Positions 40,910-51,250 of a stretch of 64,000 nt of DNA are shown here, piece after piece (the first letter of the stretch is position 1; every line of letters starts with the position of its first letter). The translations under genes were made by a program, and so were the position numbers. This DNA comes from Nitrospirota bacterium. GTDB lineage: Bacteria > Nitrospirota > JACRHJ01. The DNA is taken from the NCBI GenBank assembly GCA_963845245.1, contig CAWJRJ010000021.1, positions 128,001 to 192,000 of the forward strand, written 5' to 3'. A model generated the notes under the pieces. It saw only the letters and a list, made by a program, of their open reading frames with translations, was not told where the DNA came from and made no database searches.

Positions 40910-42031
40910 ATGAACCACTGGTGGGAAAAAGACATGTCGGGCTGCGGCCTGTCGGGCATAATAAACACCGACGGCAAACGCATATCCGGCGCGGCTATAA
41001 GGGAGTCCATCGCGATCCAGCACGACCGCGGCAACGGCCTCGGCGGCGGGTTCGCCGCGTACGGCATATACCCCGAGTACAAGGACTACTATGCGCTTCA
41101 TATAATGTATACCGAAGAGCCGGGAAAGCCCACCCGTGACCTGCAGCAGGCGAGGAAAGAGACCGAGGCCTACCTGGACGCCACGCTCTCCGTCAAGAAG
41201 GGCGAGGACATCCCCGTAAAGATAACGGACAAGGTCAGGGCGCACCCGCTGCTTGAACCGCTACTTCGTGAAGGTCCGCCCGGACAAGCTCGCGGAGTGC
41301 GGCGGCATAACGGAGGACGACTTCATCGTCAACTGCGTCATGCACATAAACGACAAGATAGACAACGCGTTCGTATTCTCGAGCGGCAAGAACATGGGCG
41401 CCTTCAAGGGCGTCGGCTACCCCGAGGACATCGCGGATTTCTACATGATAGAGAACTACGAGGGCTACACCTGGACGGCGCACAACCGCTTCCCGACGAA
41501 CACCCAGGGCTGGTGGGGAGGGGCGCACCCGTTCACGCTGCTCGACTGGTCCATCGTCCATAACGGCGAGATATCGTCCTACGGCATAAACAAACGCTAC
41601 CTCGAGATGTTCGGGTACAAGATGGCGCTCCTCACCGACACCGAGGTCGTGACATACGTCTTCGACCTTATCGTAAGGAAACAGGGCCTCCCGATAGAGG
41701 TGGCCTGCATGGTCGCTGCGCCCGCCGTTCTGGAAGGATATCGACAGGATGCACGCCGACGAGAAAGAGGCCTACCAGGCTATCAGGATGGTATACGGGA
41801 GCGGCCTTTTAAACGGCCCGTTCGCGATACTCTTCGGCCACAGCAGGGGCCTTGTGGGGATGAACGACAGGATCAAGCTCAGGCCTTTCGTGGCCGCCAC
41901 CAAGGGCAAGACGGTGTACATGGCAAGCGAGGAGTCCGCAATCAGGCGAGATATGCCCCGACCCCGAAAAGGTATGGGCGCCGAGGGCGGGCAGGCCATT
42001 GGTAGTTGAACTCGAGAAAGGTGTCAAATAA
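40910..42031 (+). CDS. Glutamate synthase amidotransferase subunit (GltB1/GlxB-type; several indels)
   Basis: SG|CGLSG Ntn cysteine, [53 protein letters not shown]. Confidence 0.88.
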
Positions 42032-43536
42032 TGAACAGGACAATGCCCCCGGAATTCCGGGTTAGAATCGACCATGACAGGTGCAGGAAGTGCAAGAGGT
42101 GCCTCCAGAGCTGCAGTTTCGGCGTCTACGAGTTCCATGACCGGGTGATGCCCGACAGCAACAAGTGCGTCGCATGCAACCGCTGCGTCGCCATGTGCCC
42201 TGAGGACTGCATCACCATAACGGACTCCCCGAACGTGTACAAGGACCATCCGAACTGGTCGCTCCAGATCCGCAAGAACGTCTGGAAACAGGCCGAGACG
42301 GGCGGCGTCCTCCTCACCGGTATGGGCAACGACAGGCCGTACCCCATCATCTTCGACCACCTGGTCGTCGACGCATGCCAGGTAACGAACCCGTCTATCG
42401 ACCCGCTCAGGGAGCCGATGGAGCTTCGCACCTTCCTTGGCCGCAAGCCGGACAGGGCCGATTTGGAGATGAAGGACGGCAAGCCGCACCTCAAAGAAAA
42501 GATGCCGCCGAACATACAGCTCGAAGTCCCCATAATCTTCGCGCCGATGTCGTTCGGTGCCATCAGCCTGAACGCCCACAAGGCGATGGCGATGGCCGCC
42601 AAGGAGTACGGCACGGTATACGGCACAGGCGAGGGCGGCCTTCACAAGGACCTCTACGAATACGGCCCGTGGACGATAGTCCAGTGCGCGTCGGGCCGCT
42701 TCGGCGTCCACAGCGAATATCTTAACGCGGGCGTCGCGGTCGAGATCAAGGTCGGCCAGGGCGCAAAGCCCGGCATCGGCGGCCACCTCCCCGGCGAGAA
42801 GATAGGCGCGGAGATATCCCAGCACCAGGATGATACCGATCGGCACGGACGCACTTTCGCCCGCGCCGCACCACGATATATATTCGATAGAAGACCTCCG
42901 CCAGCTCATCTACGCGCTCAAGGAGGCGACCGGCTACAAGCCTGTCTCCGTAAAGATAGCATGCGTGCATAACGTCGCGGCGATTGCCACCGGCATCGTG
43001 CGCGCGGGCGCGGACATAGTATACCTGGACGGCTTCAAGGGCGGCACGGGCGCTGCCCCCACCATGATACGCGACCATGTCGGCATACCCATCGAGCTTG
43101 CGCATCGCGGCGGTCGATGACCGTCTCCGTCAGGAGGGCATAAGGAACCAGGCGTCCATCGTGGCGGCGGGCGGCATACGCTCCAGCGCGGACGCGGTAA
43201 AGGCCATATGCCTCGGCGCGGACGCATGCGCGATAGGCACGGCGGCGCTTCTTGCGCTGGGCTGCTCGCTCTGCCAGAAGTGCTACACGGGCAACTGCGC
43301 GTGGGGCATCTGCACGCAGAAGCCGGAGCTTACCCGCAGGCTCGACCCCGAGTGGGGCGCGATGCGGCTCGGCAACCTGCTCCGTGCATGGAGCCATGAG
43401 ATCAAAGGAGTTCCTGGGCGCGCTGGGCGTCAACTCCATCGAGAGCATGAGGGGAAGCCGCGAGAGGCTTCGCGGACTCGGCCTCGATGCGCAGACGCTC
43501 GAAATACTCGGCGTGAAACCGGCAGGAGATAGGTAG
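42031..43536 (+). CDS. Glutamate synthase FMN-binding subunit with N-terminal 2x[4Fe-4S] (GltB2; several indels)
   Basis: [84 protein letters not shown]. Confidence 0.92.
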
Positions 43537-43692
43537 TCGGACATCGGGCCGCCTTTTGGTGACCGAGACAGTGTCGGCGCTAAGAAACTTTCAAACTGTC
43601 TGAGCGGAGCGAGTTCTTTGCAGGGTGTGAACGACTTAGAAATCTGTTCATCGCGATAAAGAAAAGAACGGTTTCAGCTGGAGTTCGAAGAA

Positions 43693-44428
43693 ATGACTAT
43701 CGACGCAAAAGGTGTATATTACAAGGAGCTGAACGAGCAGGTGCGCGCGGCGATCCTTTCCGGCGACGCCGACATAACCTTGGACAACGTCAACGGCCAG
43801 CGCTACATCGGCGACGGCCTGAAGGCCTCGGCCACCATAACCGTCAACGGCGTGCCGGGCAACGACCTGGCTGCCTTCATGGACGGCCCGACACTCATCG
43901 TGAACGGCAACGCGCAGGACGGCGTCGCCAACACGATGAACGAGGGCAAGATCGTGATATAGCGGCCACGCGGGCGACGTCCTGGGCTACGGGATGCGCG
44001 GCGGCAAGCTCTTCATAAAGGGCGACGTCGGCTACCGCGTCGGCATACACATGAAGGGCTTCAAGGACAAGCTGCCGGTCATAATCGCGGGCGGCACGGC
44101 GGGCGACTTCTTCGGCGAGTACATGGCCGGGGGCTACCTCATCCTTCTGGGCATCGGCCGCGACAAGGACACGCCCATCGCGGGCGACTACGTCGGCACC
44201 GGTATGCACGGCGGCGTGATGTACATACGCGGCGAGGTTGACCCGCTGAAGTGCGGCGCGGAGGTCGGCATCGTCGAGCTTACCGAGGAAGACAATGCCA
44301 TCCTTGAGAAGTACCTGAAGGAGTTCTGCGAGGATACCGGCTACAACTACGACGAGATAATGAAGGAGAAGTTCATAAAGCTCTACCCGAAGTCTTCCAG
44401 GCCGTACGGCAGGCTTTACGCGTATTAA
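43693..44428 (+). CDS. Glutamate synthase GXGXG beta-helix subunit (GltB3/GlxC; indel near 43960)
   Basis: NVNGQRYIG, GVPGNDL, GNAQDGVANTMNEG, GDVGYRVGIHMK, GEYMAGG, GTGMHGG. Confidence 0.88.
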
Positions 44429-44485
44429 TTAACTGCTTGTCATTGCGAGGCCCGCAGGTTGGGCCGTGGCAATCTCGCTTTAATT

Positions 44486-44520
44486 GTAGGGGCCGACCAT
44501 CGTGTCGGCCCTTTTTTATT
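44486..44520 (+). repeat. Family B hairpin + T tract (left direct repeat of the TPR gene; probable terminator)
   Basis: GTAGGGGCCGACCATCGTGTCGGCCCTTTTTTATT. Confidence 0.85.
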
Positions 44521-45114
44521 TTAAATTGGGGTCGAGTTCCGTTGCCTTCTTGAAGGCAGCCGCTGCTTCGTCTTTCCGGCCGAGCTTGTCGAGCGCGAGG
44601 CCCTTGTTGTAGTGTGCGATAGCAAGTTTGTGATCGAGCCTTATGGCCTTGTCATACTCCGAAATCGCATCTTCATATTTGCCGAGTTTGTGAAGCGCGC
44701 CGCCTTGCTGTTGTATGCGTAAGCATATTTAGGGTCGAGTTCGATAGTCTTATCGTATAGGGCTATCGCCTCCTCAAACTTGCCGAGATAGCTGAGCGCT
44801 AACCCCTTGTTGTAGTACGCAAAAGCGAATTTGGGGTTGAGCTTTATGGCCTTGTCGTACTCTATAATAGCCTTTTCATGCTTGCCGAGGTTATCAAGCG
44901 CGGCACCTTTGTTGTCGTAAAAGTTCGCAAATTTGGGATATAGTGTTATAGCCTTGTCAAACTCAACAATTGCGTTCTCGTAATTGCCTTGTTTAGAGAG
45001 GCTTTGACCTTCCGCAGAATGTCCGAATGCTTTCCCCATGTTCGTGAATTGAAATGCAACGTACAGTACAAAAAACACTAAAAGCACCGCAAGCAAAACT
45101 CTTAGCTTCTTCAT
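44516..45114 (-). CDS. Membrane-anchored TPR protein (indel near 44703)
   Basis: N-terminal TM then about 5 TPR units (AYYNKGLALSYLGKFEEAI..YDK.I.L.P). Confidence 0.82.
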
Positions 45115-45218
45115 ATCTTCTCCTTAATATGTGCGATGCGAAAAACTAAATGAATGTGGAATATTATTTTATCTGATACTTTTCGCACAAAGAAGATGTG
45201 ATGTCAAGGGAAACATAA

Positions 45219-45253
45219 GTAGGGGCCGACCCGTGTGTCGGCCCTTTTTTATT
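45219..45253 (+). repeat. Family B hairpin + T tract (right direct repeat of the TPR gene)
   Basis: GTAGGGGCCGACCCGTGTGTCGGCCCTTTTTTATT; 32/35 identical to 44486-44520. Confidence 0.85.
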
Positions 45254-45288
45254 ATCCAATACCGTATTATTCTGGTATCCTTTTCATT

Positions 45289-45800
45289 ATGGACAAAGAC
45301 ATCCAGGACTCCCGCAACAAGGCCATCGAATCCCTCGCGACCGCGATAGGCTTCTGGGGCGTTGACCCGCTTGAGGCGAAGGTATACGGCACGCTCTACA
45401 TGAGCCCCCGCCCGTTGACGCTGATCGAGCTGATCGACGAGTTCGGCTGCTGCGACTCGGAGGTAACCAGGGTCATCAAGACCCTCAAGCGCCTCGGGGC
45501 CGTCAAGGAGATGGCCGGGAAGGGGCGGGCGAGAAGTACTACGAGGCCGAGACCGACTTCTTCGAGATACTCCAGACGGTGAACAGGGAGCGGCGCGAGC
45601 GCGAGATGGGCGCGGCCCTACAGGAGATATCCGACCAGCGCGCCTACATCGAATACAAGTACGACGAGGAAGGGACCCCGGAACTGAAATTCCTCGTCGA
45701 CAGGCTTGCAGGGCTTGAGAGGTTCATCGGCATCATCGACAAGGCCATGTTCGGCCTCAAGGCCCTCGCGGGCATCAGGAACATCTTCAAGTTCAAATAA
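45289..45800 (+). CDS. GbsR/MarR-family transcriptional regulator (indel near 45530)
   Basis: FWGV...AKVYGTLYMSPRPLTL.EL, wHTH, KYYEAETDFF. Confidence 0.75.
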
Positions 45801-45821
45801 CCTCCGTGGCACCTTCCTTAC

Positions 45822-45911
45822 TCCCCCCACCTAAGGGGGAGGGGGGTGAGAAATTCTTCTTCACCCTCTCTTCCTCCCCTCGCCTCGCGGGAGAGGGGCC
45901 GGGGGTGAGGG
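45822..45911 (+). repeat. Two tandem family A repeats
   Basis: CTCCCCCCACCTAAGGGGGAGGGGGGTGAG and CTCCCCTCGCCTCGCGGGAGAGGGGCCGGGGGTGAGGG. Confidence 0.8.
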
Positions 45912-45962
45912 CGTTACCCATTGATTTCCTTGACACCATAGCCATTTATAAAATATACTCAA

Positions 45963-46982
45963 ATGAAAACCGGAGGACTGATTTTGAAATACATCGGCGA
46001 ACTCGTCGAAGGCGAAAAGATAGAGTCCGTATTCGCGGTGAGCGAGAAGCAGCTCCGCACCACCCGCGCGGGCAAGAGCTTCATCTCGATGAAGCTTATG
46101 GACAAGACCGGCAGCGCGGACGCGGTGGTGTGGGACAACGCGGAGGCCACAGCACAGAAGTTCGAGAAGGGCGACTTCGTGGGCGTGCGCGCCGAGGTCG
46201 GCGTATACAACGGCAACAAACAGCTCACCATCCAGCAGCTCAAGAAGGTGGAGAAGACGCCGGAATACGTGACACGGTTCCTGCCCGTCACCGACAGGGA
46301 CGTCGATGTCCTTGCAGAGGAGCTGAACGGCTTCGCCGCCAGCATCCAGTCCGAGGGCATGAGGAAGCTGATAGTGGGTTTCCTCACCGACCCCGAGTTC
46401 ATGGGACCGTTCAAGACGTCATCCGCCGCAAAGGGCATGCACCACGTCTTCGCGGGCGGTCTTATACAGCACACCCTGAAGGTCGTCCGGCTCTGCGACC
46501 TGATATACAGGGAGTACGAGATCACCGACCCGATGATATCCTGCATGATAGACCGCGACATCCTGATCGCGGGCGCGATCCTGCACGACATGGGCAAGAT
46601 AGTGGAGCTGTCCCAGGAGCCGGGCTTCGACTACACCACCAAGGGCAGGCTGCTCGGCCATGTGGTGATCGGGCTGATGGAACTCAAGAAGCGGCTCGAC
46701 ACCACGGAGGGCATACCCGAGGAGAGGGCCGACCTCCTGATGCACCTTATAATATCGCACCACGGGGAGTACGAGTACGGCTCGCCCAAGCGGCCCAAGT
46801 CGATGGAGGCGTTCATCCTGCACTACGCCGACAACCTCGACGCAAAGCTGCAGGGCATCGCGGAGTTTGCGGGCAAGGATGCGACCGAAGGAGATTTCAC
46901 GGCCTTCCACAGGCTGTATGACAGGTGCTTTTACAAGGGGCACCGTCTCGACATAGAAGGCGAAGAGGGGCCCCAAACCTGA
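45963..46982 (+). CDS. YhaM/Cbf1-like 3'-5' exoribonuclease (OB + HD)
   Basis: LMDKTGS OB fold, AAKGMHH..GGL..HT, LHDMGK, SHHG.YEYGSPK.P, DNLDAK. Confidence 0.88.
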   Translation: MKTGGLILKYIGELVEGEKIESVFAVSEKQLRTTRAGKSFISMKLMDKTGSADAVVWDNAEATAQKFEKGDFVGVRAEVGVYNGNKQLTIQQLKKVEKTPEYVTRFLPVTDRDVDVLAEELNGFAASIQSEGMRKLIVGFLTDPEFMGPFKTSSAAKGMHHVFAGGLIQHTLKVVRLCDLIYREYEITDPMISCMIDRDILIAGAILHDMGKIVELSQEPGFDYTTKGRLLGHVVIGLMELKKRLDTTEGIPEERADLLMHLIISHHGEYEYGSPKRPKSMEAFILHYADNLDAKLQGIAEFAGKDATEGDFTAFHRLYDRCFYKGHRLDIEGEEGPQT

Positions 46983-47014
46983 TAAATAGCCCGTTCACGG
47001 GCGGAAACAGGTCT

Positions 47015-47584
47015 ATGAACATACCAAACACGCTGACCATCTTCAGGTTCCTGCTTGTCCCGGTATTCCTGGCCTTTCTCCTGAACGGTTATATCATGCA
47101 GGCCCTCGTCACATTCATCATGGCGAGCGTTACCGACGCGCTTGACGGTGCGATCGCGAGGATGACGGACTCCATGACCGAGATCGGTATGATCATGGAC
47201 CCGCTTGCAGACAAGGCGCTGGTCATCTCCGCCCTTATAGCCCTGAGCGCCATGGGTCGGCTGCCCGTATGGATCACGCTAGTCGTGATAGTCAGGGACA
47301 TAATCGTGGTCTCGGGCGGGATCATAATCTACAAGAGGCGTTACAAGATGAAGATGAAGCCGCTGGTATTGGGGAAGGTCACGACGTTCTTGATGCTAAC
47401 GCTTCTGGTCTCCATTCTTCTTGGCATATACTGGAACAGGGAGTTCTCTTTCATCCCGCCCCTGGCATGGCTGACCACGGCCCTTGTTTTGATCTCGGGC
47501 GTCCAGTACTCGATCAGGGGGATAAAGATATCGAAAAGCGGCAGGGAGACAGTATCCGTGGAGAAGCCAACCTATGAAGTCTGA
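47015..47584 (+). CDS. CDP-alcohol phosphatidyltransferase (PgsA-like)
   Basis: MNIPNTLT, TDALDGAIAR...G..MDPLADK. Confidence 0.88.
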   Translation: MNIPNTLTIFRFLLVPVFLAFLLNGYIMQALVTFIMASVTDALDGAIARMTDSMTEIGMIMDPLADKALVISALIALSAMGRLPVWITLVVIVRDIIVVSGGIIIYKRRYKMKMKPLVLGKVTTFLMLTLLVSILLGIYWNREFSFIPPLAWLTTALVLISGVQYSIRGIKISKSGRETVSVEKPTYEV

Positions 47585-48677
47585 GAACCTCGTCTCGTGG
47601 CGTGTTGACCTTGCCGTCTTCCTTTTTCTGCTTGTCTTCTGCCTTCTTGCATACGCGCTTGGCAATGCGGTCACGCCCTTCATCATCGCCATCTTGTTCG
47701 CATACATACTGAACCCCGCCGTCGAACTCCTTGAGAAGCGCAAGGTGCCAAGGGGCGCGGCGGTCGGCATCTTCGCGCTCCTGTTCCTGCTGGCTCTGGC
47801 CGGGCTATTCATCGGCGTGATTATGATCCTGAAGTGGGAGATACCCAGGCTTGTTGCCAACCTGCCCGGGTATGTTGAAACGGTCAAGACGGAGTACCTG
47901 CCCAATATACAGCAGACACTCGGGGTCACGATTGACATTGACTCGATGGTCGCGGACCTGAAGGAGCGGCTTGTACACCTCTCCGCCGAGAACTACGCAT
48001 CCGCCGCCGGTTACGCCTTCTCGATAATCAGCGGCACTGTCAATGCGATATTCGCGCTTATAAGCGTCTTCCTCGTGCCGGTCCTGATGATATACCTCCT
48101 GATGGACTACAAGAAGATGAAGGACGGCGCGCTCGCCATCATGCCAACAGGGTACAGGGAAGAGATCGTCGCAAGGCTCCGTGAGGTCGAGGGCGTACTC
48201 AAGGATTTCGTAAAAGGCCAGCTCATGGTTGCGTTTATCATGGGCTTCCTCTATAGTGTTGGCCTTGCGATTGTCGGCGTAGACCTGCCGGTGGTAGTTG
48301 GCATGCTCTCGGGTTTAGGCAACCTCGTCCCGTACCTCGGGACCACGCTTGGCCTCGCCGTTTCGGTAGTCCTCGTAATGCTCAAGTACCACGACCTGAT
48401 GCACCCGGGTATGGTTGCGCTGGTCTTCATACTCGTGCAGGTGGCGGAAGGCTACGTCATCACTCCGAAGGTGGTCGGTGAGAGGCTCGGCCTGCACCCG
48501 GTCGTCATCATACTTTCCCTGCTCGTGTTCGGGAAGCTGCTCGGCTTTGTCGGGATAGTCCTGGCCGTGCCGCTGGCGGCGGTGCTGAAGGTTTTCATTA
48601 AGAGCTTCGTGGGAAGCTACATGGGCTCAAGCCTCTACGCCAAGAAGGGCGGCAAGATAGAGATAGTCGAGAAATAG
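47574..48677 (+). CDS. AI-2E family transporter
   Basis: AYILNP.V, VKGQL, VPYLG, EGYVITPKVVGERLGLHP. Confidence 0.88.
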   Translation: MKSENLVSWRVDLAVFLFLLVFCLLAYALGNAVTPFIIAILFAYILNPAVELLEKRKVPRGAAVGIFALLFLLALAGLFIGVIMILKWEIPRLVANLPGYVETVKTEYLPNIQQTLGVTIDIDSMVADLKERLVHLSAENYASAAGYAFSIISGTVNAIFALISVFLVPVLMIYLLMDYKKMKDGALAIMPTGYREEIVARLREVEGVLKDFVKGQLMVAFIMGFLYSVGLAIVGVDLPVVVGMLSGLGNLVPYLGTTLGLAVSVVLVMLKYHDLMHPGMVALVFILVQVAEGYVITPKVVGERLGLHPVVIILSLLVFGKLLGFVGIVLAVPLAAVLKVFIKSFVGSYMGSSLYAKKGGKIEIVEK

Positions 48678-48692
48678 AAAGGGATCCGTATT

Positions 48693-50116
48693 TTGAAAGG
48701 CCTTAAAGTAACAGACATTGAACCGGGCGGCACCGCCTCGGAAATCGGCATCGAACCCGGCGACGAGATACTCTCGATAAACGGCTATCCGGTGCCGGAC
48801 ATGCTCGCCTACCACTACCTCATCGCAAACGAAGACGTCACCCTTCTCGTAAAAAAGAAGACGGGCGGCCTCATCGATATCGACCTGGAGAAGGACGAGG
48901 ACGACGACCTGGGCATCATCCCGCCCGCCATGCCGGTGCGCCGCTGCAACAACAAATGCGTCTTCTGCTTCGTGTCACAGATGGCCCCGGGTCTTACGCA
49001 AGACGCTGTACGTCAAGGACGAGGACTACCGCCACAGCTTCCTGCACGGCAACTACATCACGCTCACGACCCTCAAGGAAGAGGACTACCAGCGCATCAT
49101 AACAGAGCGGCTGTCGCCCCTCTACGTCTCGGTGCACACCACCGACGACGAGCTGCGCCGGTTCCTGCTGGGCAACAAGAAGGCGCCCCCGATAATGGAG
49201 TCGCTGATCAGGCTGGCGGACGCAGGCATAACGCTCCACACGCAGGCCGTGGTCGCGGCAGGCCTAAACGACGGCGACAACCTCATAAAGACGGTCGAGG
49301 ACCTGGCCCTGCTCTACCCCGCCGTCGCGTCGCTCGCAGTCGTCCCAGCCGGGATCACCATGCACCGGGGCGGACTGTACCCGCTCAAGCTCTTCACAAA
49401 GGCAGGCGCGGCAAAGCTGCTCGACTCGCTTGAGCCGCTTCGGAAGAAGTACCGCAAACTCTTCGGCGAGGCCTTCGTCTATCCCTCGGATGAGTTCTAC
49501 ATCAAGGCCGGGCGCGACTTCCCCAAGGACACGCGAATACGACGGATACCCGCAGATAGACAACGGCGTCGGGCTGGTGCGCGACTTCCTCACCGAGTTT
49601 GCACGCGAGAAGAAAAGGCTGAAATGTAAAACCTCTTCTTTCTCTTTGCAAAAAGAGAAAGAAGCAAAGAGAAACGGGGAATCAAAAACCGCGCAGTGGT
49701 AAAGGCGAAGAATATTATACTGGTCACGGGAAAATCCTTTGAGCCGTACCTGAAAGAGATTGTGAAGTCTATATCTCCCCTCGCCCCTTGTGGGAGAGGG
49801 GCGGGGGTGAGGGGGATTAACCTCTACCGTCCTCCCTGTCAAGAACGAACTCCTCGGCCATACCGTAACCGTGGCTGGGCTCCTGTGCGGCACCGACATC
49901 GCCAACGCCCTCAAAGGCAAAAAGGCGGACGCGGTCATCATCCCCGCCGTCACCATGCGGGACGGGGCAGGCGTGTTCCTCGACGACCTCACGCCGTATG
50001 ACGTCGAGCAAATATCAGGCATCAAGGTCGTACTGGTTGACCCGTCGGCAAGAGGACTGATTGAGGGGATAAATTTCTTAAGCAACACCTCCGCCTATCA
50101 GGACGAGCGCACTTGA
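48693..50116 (+). CDS. PDZ + radical-SAM-like DUF512 protein (several indels; contains repeat-derived inserts)
   Basis: GIEPGDEILSING, CNNKCVFCF, LYVKDEDYR.SFLHGNYITLT, SDEFY, YDGYPQIDNGVG, VAGLL.G.DI, FLDDLT. Confidence 0.85.
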
Positions 50117-50151
50117 TAGTGCATTGGAAAGTAATTCTTGACGAATCGTAG

Positions 50152-50215
50152 CGGCATGCAAGAAACTGTCTGACGAGGGCTGTAAGCCAGAGGAGTTTTT
50201 CTTGCATAGCAGAGC
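50152..50215. repeat. Long imperfect palindrome with CTGTCTGA...GAGTT core (family D)
   Basis: ATGCAAGAAA-CTGTCTGA...GAGTT-TTTCTTGCAT; core shared with 43595-43615 (AACTGTCTGAGCGGAGCGAGTT). Confidence 0.55.
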
Positions 50216-50280
50216 GAGTTTAGAATTACACTAATGAACCATCCGGGCGCGAGTCTGATAGGCTAAGAAAGGGAGGCTTC

Positions 50281-51132
50281 ATGAACATTTCAGGTAACAC
50301 AAAAGTAATCGCCATCTTCGGCGACCCGATAGAACACACGCTCTCCCCGGCAATGCACAACGCCGCATTCGCCGAGATGGGGCTCGACTACGTATACGTG
50401 CCGTTCCATGTCAAGGCCGAGGAGCTGGGCTCGGCGGTGCGCGGCCTGAAGGCGCTGGGTTTCGCCGGGGCCAACATCACCGTGCCGCACAAGGAGCGCG
50501 TGCTTGAGTTCCTGGACGAGGTGGACCCGTTCGCGGGCAAGCTGGGCGCGGTAAACACAATCGTCAACCGCGACGGGAAGCTCATAGGCTACAACACCGA
50601 CGGCCTGGGCTTCATAAAGTCGCTCAAGGAGGACGCAGGCTTCGACCCGGCGAAGAAGAAGGCCTTCATCTGCGGCTCGGGCGGCGCGGCGAGGGCCATC
50701 GGGTTCGCGCTTGAGAACGCCGGCGCAAGGCGCGTGTACCTCTACGACATTGACGAGCAGAAGCGCGACCGGCTGGTGACGGACATAAACTCCGCTTCCG
50801 GCAAGGTGTCCGCGAGGCCGTCCCCGCTTGACCCCGACTTCATAAGGAGCTGCGACCTCGTGGTGAACGCGACCCCGCTGGGGATGCACGAGAGCGACCC
50901 GCTCCCAATCCCGGAAGGCTCGTTCAGGGTGGGGCAGGTGGTGTATGACATCGTATACAACCCTCCGACGACGAAAACGCTCGCAGCGGCACAGACAGGC
51001 GGGGCGAAGGCCGTCAACGGGCTGGGGATGCTCCTCTATCAGGGTGTCATCGCATTCGAGCACTGGATAGGCAGGACGCCCCCGGCCAGCCTCATGCGCG
51101 AGGTGCTCCTGTCACGTTCTAAAACCGTATAG
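50281..51132 (+). CDS. aroE: Shikimate dehydrogenase
   Basis: HTLSPAMHN, NITVPHK, GAVNT, YNTDG, NATPLGM, DIVYNP, NGLGMLLYQG. Confidence 0.95.
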   Translation: MNISGNTKVIAIFGDPIEHTLSPAMHNAAFAEMGLDYVYVPFHVKAEELGSAVRGLKALGFAGANITVPHKERVLEFLDEVDPFAGKLGAVNTIVNRDGKLIGYNTDGLGFIKSLKEDAGFDPAKKKAFICGSGGAARAIGFALENAGARRVYLYDIDEQKRDRLVTDINSASGKVSARPSPLDPDFIRSCDLVVNATPLGMHESDPLPIPEGSFRVGQVVYDIVYNPPTTKTLAAAQTGGAKAVNGLGMLLYQGVIAFEHWIGRTPPASLMREVLLSRSKTV

Positions 51133-51182
51133 GCATTAAAGAGATTTAATCCAGGTACATATGGAGTTAGTCTTATTACCGC

Positions 51183-51212
51183 TTGACATAGGAGCGTATT
51201 TTGCAATAAAAT
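51183..51212 (+). promoter_or_regulatory. Sigma70-type promoter for pilB
   Basis: TTGACA-18 bp-TAAAAT. Confidence 0.55.
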
Positions 51213-51250
51213 TGACCGGATAACAGTATCAGGACATTCCGGGGAACAAT

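Noticed and set aside
43540..43690. Riboswitch between gltB2 and gltB3 or upstream of aroE (50130-50280)
   Set aside because: Both share a CTGTCTGA..GAGTT repeat core despite unrelated downstream genes, and I recognised no aptamer consensus; treated as a repeat family
40910..44428. N-methylglutamate synthase (mgsABC)
   Set aside because: Order GATase-FMN-GXGXG with an N-terminal ferredoxin on the FMN subunit fits archaeal-type GltB1-3; no gmaS or mgd genes nearby
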